From: an uncultured Nitrososphaerota archaeon
Lineage (GTDB): Archaea; Korarchaeota; Korarchaeia; Korarchaeales; Korarchaeaceae
Direction: 5' to 3'
Length of the DNA stretch: 64,000 nt
NCBI GenBank assembly: GCA_964618805.1
Contig: CAZUBM010000001.1
Coordinates: 127,910 to 191,909 of the forward strand
The notes under the pieces were generated by a model, which was not told the origin of the DNA, searched no databases, and saw only the letters and a program-made list of their open reading frames with translations. Both the position numbers and the translations under genes were made by a program. This document shows, in pieces, positions 60,076 through 64,000 of this stretch; the stretch's first letter is position 1, and each line of letters starts with the position of its first letter.

Positions 60076-61414
60076 GCCTCTCACCTCTTGTGTGCAACTC
60101 CATCCACCCCAACCTGCTCCACAACAGGGGCTCGTAGATCTCAGCAAAAGCCTTTCTACTTATTTTTACCATCCTATCAACATCTGCTAGCCAAACGTTA
60201 TGATTTTCCGGGTTTGCATAACCCTTAATCAGGGTAGCCATTATTTTTGAGAAGAGGGATTTCTCATAATCATAGGTTCTAAGCGCGTGAACCCTCTCGA
60301 AGTCACCGATCATAAAATCTAGGCCAAAAACCCAAGCTGGAATATCAATTCTAACTGGCTGATCCATTTCAGAGAACTTACAACAAGTCGTTACAATTGC
60401 TGGCAGCTCTAAAATGAGATCTATCGCTTTTCTCACCTCTTTTTCAGCCTTAATAGGGTTCTTTGCGCTTCTTGTGGCTCTTCTTGCGATATCATCTGGT
60501 CTGGCTTGGAGTTCTAGGAACAAGGCCCTGCTTGTGGATGTGTAAGGTCCAACCAATAACGGTTCTGATAGTCCTTTCTCCTCCATGCAGCTCATAATAA
60601 CCGCAAAATCGCTTCTCTCTATCAATATTTCGGAAGCTATATCTAAGATCTTCCTGAGAATCCCTCTATATCTCTCATTTATTTCCAAGAGCTGGGTCAT
60701 GGAAACTTTTGGATCTGATTCAAGGGCTCCAGCGGCTGTGCTTATGATTATCTGATCCTCTTCATTTATTAAGCCTGAAATTCGCTCTAACTCCTCGTCT
60801 AAAAGTTGAAACAGGACCATCCTTCTGAGAGGGTAAGCCCTGCTGTCCTTTGATACCCCAACTATAGGTATTTTCCTCTCCCTGCACGCCTCAAGCAGCT
60901 GAAAAAGTGCATCTGCATATTGTATGGCCAAATCTGAAGGGATCCTACCCAAGTTGTAGACGGAGGCCAGCTCTCTGGCTATCAAGGATCCATCTACTAG
61001 GACTAGAAATTCACCGCTGGTTTCTTCTATGACCTTTCTCAGAACTTCATGTTCCAAAGTTTCTCCCATTCTCGAAATCACGTCTCTAACTTCCATAGAA
61101 CCTAAAAGAGGTCTGAGATCAAGAACTCTCTCCTCTTTTTGCCTGCCATCCGGCCCATAGAGAACAGCAGCAGCTCTTGCGAGAAGTATTGAGATGCCAG
61201 GAGCGTATTCTCTGCTTAGAAAGCTGGAATCGGACGCTAAAACTTTTTTAAACGGTTCTATGGGTTGAAAACTGTCAAAATCTAGCCAAAGAGACTTGAA
61301 TCTCTCCTCAACCTCTCTGTTTATAGCTTTTAATTCTCCTCTACCAAAAGCAGCTTCAATCTCTCTTCTTCTTCTCTCGACTGCTTCAGCAAATAAATCC
61401 AAAAATCTTGGCAA
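60059..61414 (-). CDS. nurA: NurA 5'-3' nuclease
   Basis: LASDSS, E.LE, LVDGSL, GVSKDS, GY...WLA.VD..VK. Overlaps the herA start. Confidence 0.88.
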   Translation of the reverse strand: MPRFLDLFAEAVERRRREIEAAFGRGELKAINREVEERFKSLWLDFDSFQPIEPFKKVLASDSSFLSREYAPGISILLARAAAVLYGPDGRQKEERVLDLRPLLGSMEVRDVISRMGETLEHEVLRKVIEETSGEFLVLVDGSLIARELASVYNLGRIPSDLAIQYADALFQLLEACRERKIPIVGVSKDSRAYPLRRMVLFQLLDEELERISGLINEEDQIIISTAAGALESDPKVSMTQLLEINERYRGILRKILDIASEILIERSDFAVIMSCMEEKGLSEPLLVGPYTSTSRALFLELQARPDDIARRATRSAKNPIKAEKEVRKAIDLILELPAIVTTCCKFSEMDQPVRIDIPAWVFGLDFMIGDFERVHALRTYDYEKSLFSKIMATLIKGYANPENHNVWLADVDRMVKISRKAFAEIYEPLLWSRLGWMELHTRGERRVSII

Positions 61415-61489
61415 CTTTCTCTTTATTATGTTGTAAAGCCTCTTAATAATATCCCCCAGTAGGTATGCTCCTCCGATCGGTGAGAGAAC

Positions 61490-62253
61490 TCAAGTGCTCC
61501 CAGCCTTCTTAAAAATGAACTCGCAGTAGGGATCTCCCATAGCAGCACATTTTACCTCCTTGGACTCCAATTCAACTCCCAAGAATTCAGAGAAAAGTCC
61601 TCCAAGTATCCTCTTACAAAATGACATCTAGGCCTACTACTCCTTCCTTCAAAAGCCGCTGACTCATATAAATCATAGATGCAAATTCTTATGAACTTTC
61701 TATCCAAATCTGCTTCTAAAAGCTCAGCTATTCCCCAGCCTGCAGCTTGAAGAGATCTTAGGTCTTCTTCCAGGAATTCTTTTGTTATTTTCTGAGAACC
61801 AAATATTTTTCCACTTATTTCTCCTCTGGTTTTTCCTAGGAAGTAAAGGAAGGCTTCTCCACCGGTACCATATTTTTCATGGATCTCCTTAACATAGAAA
61901 GATAGGCCATTTCTGTCATCTAAGATCATCCTTTGTCCTCCTGAGTCTACAGTAATTGGATAGCACAAGTTGTTGAAGATTTTATCTTTTATTGGGCTTT
62001 TACGAACTCTATATCCCTCAATTTCTCCTTTTTCTTTCAAAGATGAAAGTAACTTTTCAAGATTTTCATAAGCATTGCCGATTTTCAAAAAGCAAGCTAA
62101 ATAGACTACATCCTCGCGCAAAGTTAGGTTAAGCGACACGGGTTCGAAGCCCTTATCTGAAAACTATGTCATGATTAAGGCAAGTCTTCTAGCAAGTTCC
62201 TTTCTTTTTAGCTTGATTGCTGTCTCTACGACTTTCTCGGCAGGAGATTGCAT
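61490..62253 (-). pseudogene. ACT-like + V4R domain protein with an in-frame TAG and a frameshift
   Basis: ATG 62253, TAG at 62166-62164, then the open frame LQAAGWG...CHFVRGYL. A missing G near 61600 would restore EVKCAAMGDPYCEF to a TGA at 61490. Confidence 0.75.
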
Positions 62254-62332
62254 AAAAAAATCTATAGGGTAAAAATCCTTATTCTCCTTGTTAATCTCTT
62301 CCTTCAAAAAATCTTAACTCTTAAAGGATAAA

Positions 62333-62845
62333 TTAGCGTGACCTCATCAACTCAATTAGTTGCTCGAGGACTTCTATTCTGCTCTTCCTTCCATCAGCCA
62401 TGGACTTTAGAACCTGACCTATACCTTTTCTATTCTTGAGAATGAATGAGAATGCCATTAAGTTCACCATCATCAGGTACTCGGGCCCAGAAAAGTTTAC
62501 ATGCCACTTAATTAGATCAAGAATATCTTCCTTCTTTGCAGCTCCTTGTTCCACCCTTGAGATCATATAATCATATTTTCTCAAAGCCTCAATCAACTTG
62601 GATCCAACCAAATTTTCACAGTTTTTGATGGTCTCATCCGTAAGCGACGGATAGAGCAACTTAGCAATGCGGCGCAAGAAGTCTCTTCTCATCCTAGAAT
62701 CCATTGAGAGATAGTTAAAAGCAAGCTTCACTTCTTCTTTTTCTGAAACTCTGGAGAGAACTGAATAAAACCCCCCTATTTTTTCTTCTAAATAGCTAAT
62801 GCACAGTATTGTCTTGGCTAACTCAAGTGAGCTTTGTTCTTCCAT
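62333..62845 (-). CDS. ferritin/rubrerythrin-like four-helix protein with degenerate metal ligands
   Basis: LEEKIGGFY..L....E.KLAF.YLS.DS and LKSMADG..S.IEVL pattern, with no ExxH. Confidence 0.6.
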   Translation of the reverse strand: MEEQSSLELAKTILCISYLEEKIGGFYSVLSRVSEKEEVKLAFNYLSMDSRMRRDFLRRIAKLLYPSLTDETIKNCENLVGSKLIEALRKYDYMISRVEQGAAKKEDILDLIKWHVNFSGPEYLMMVNLMAFSFILKNRKGIGQVLKSMADGRKSRIEVLEQLIELMRSR

Positions 62846-63043
62846 ACAATCAAACTAATCCTAGACTAGCCTAATTTAAAAATGAAATGTAGGCAAACGA
62901 ACGCTATTTCGTGCTTCTTCATCTGAGTATGAGGGAGTTGTTTTTAAGCTAGATCAAGAACATGCATGCAATCTGTCCTTCACCTAGGATGGCGGATACA
63001 ACGATGACTTGCGTCCTAGGTTCAGGAAAGGAGGTGGCTCCAA

Positions 63044-63325
63044 GTGATTGCTGCGTGTGGTACAGATTGTAGGAAATATGTCGAAGATGAGAGAGAATTG
63101 TGAGGGATGCGGACCAGGAAATTCGGAATGGCTGAAAACAGGCTTAAGATGCTTGAAAAGAGGGGAAAAATCTGTCCAGTATTGGAATGTGCAGTGAAGA
63201 GAGGAGTAGCTCATTGCAACGTCGATTGCGAATCACATCCTTGCAGAATTCACCGAGAGATCTTTACTTACTCTCAAGAGTACGTCGATTTGTTGAGAGA
63301 AAGGATGAAGCGAACCCGAATTTGA
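63044..63325 (+). pseudogene. DUF3795-like Cys-rich protein, frameshifted
   Basis: GGAGG RBS, then GTG: IAACGTDC, then ENCEGCGPG in a second frame, then CPVLECA..RGVAHC..DC..HPC in the 63107..63325 frame. Confidence 0.65.
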
Positions 63326-63377
63326 GGTAGCATATCTGTTTATATCATGTTCATCTCTAGATGGTGGATGGGTCAAG

Positions 63378-63821
63378 ATGTCTGAGGATAACCTGACGTT
63401 AATTGCAAAAGAAAATCCTAGCGAATTTGTACTATTGGCCGTTTCGCTTTCCTTGAAAAATACTTGGGGACCAGCTGCAAACGTTACTTTATACAGTTCA
63501 GGCAAGGAACTTGGCAAATCTTTGAAGCTAAACATTGAAAAGTGTAGCAGCTTAGAGGAAGCCTTAAAGGAAATAGAAAGGACCCTTGGAAACGCATGGA
63601 AAGGTCGATTAGATGGAGATAAGCTAATTTTCGAAGAATGTGTCCTTAGAGATCTCTACAGAAGAGGAGGAGCTAAGCTTAGTGAGCCTTTACCTACTTG
63701 CTACTTTCACATGGGATTTTGCGCAGGAATCCTGGAAAGGATAATGAGAAAGAAGGTAAACATGAAGGTTTTATCAAAAGGTCCCCTTTCTTGCGTAGAA
63801 CAAATTATAATTGAAGAATAA
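63378..63821 (+). CDS. V4R domain protein
   Basis: LY.SGKELG, EC, CYFHMGFCAGILE, C-terminal C. Confidence 0.8.
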   Translation: MSEDNLTLIAKENPSEFVLLAVSLSLKNTWGPAANVTLYSSGKELGKSLKLNIEKCSSLEEALKEIERTLGNAWKGRLDGDKLIFEECVLRDLYRRGGAKLSEPLPTCYFHMGFCAGILERIMRKKVNMKVLSKGPLSCVEQIIIEE

Positions 63822-64000
63822 GCTTATTTAAGGGAGTGAGCTAGTTTGACAAGCGATTTAACCATCAAAATAACACCTAGGATTCTCTCACTTGGAATCA
63901 GAATAGTACATGCTGTAGCAGAGGACGTATCTGTGCTCAAAGATAATCAAGAGATGAAACGATATGTATCGGAGGTAGTTTCGCGTATTAGAGAGAAATA

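Noticed and set aside
62164-62166. Pyrrolysine recoding of the in-frame TAG
   Set aside because: The same gene also has a frameshift, TAG is used as a normal stop elsewhere in the window, and no pyl genes are visible.
459-63535. Many 60-160 aa ORFs antisense to or nested in longer genes (e.g. 459..686, 28366..28887, 37239..37718, 56614..57105)
   Set aside because: Ser/Leu/Phe-rich shadow translations of well-supported genes on the opposite strand.
1-64000. CRISPR array, rRNA, canonical tRNA, transposase or integrase
   Set aside because: I saw no regularly spaced repeats, cloverleaf or recombinase/transposase motifs by eye. Short or intron-split RNAs could have been missed.
63954-64000. Start of an ORF (MKRYVSEVVSRIREK) at the window end
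   Set aside because: Too short to identify.

Overview
This 64 kb window looks like chromosomal DNA from a thermophilic archaeon, probably a TACK-type lineage. The evidence is an archaeal-type ProRS, a tungsten aldehyde:ferredoxin oxidoreductase, PolB, reverse gyrase, NurA/HerA, TATA-like promoters and GGAGG/GGTGA ribosome-binding sites. I found no rRNA, canonical tRNA, CRISPR array or transposase. All family calls come from motif recognition by eye, not from searches. Main observations: (1) a nurA-herA-mre11-'rad50' operon whose SMC ATPase has no cysteine, hence no zinc hook, and instead carries a two-helix hydrophobic hairpin at the coiled-coil apex, suggesting a membrane-tethered DNA-end-processing machine; (2) a reverse gyrase directly downstream broken by three frameshifts, part of about a dozen lesions that spare the housekeeping genes; (3) a PolB with intact polymerase motifs but degenerate proofreading motifs; (4) a small GTPase + Roadblock module divergent from a long coiled-coil protein; (5) a shared GGAAnnnTTCC-TATA promoter motif before three exported-protein genes, one of them next to a membrane-anchored wHTH regulator; (6) a tandem pair of unknown ~100-aa paralogues with a conserved promoter; (7) a candidate small structured RNA.
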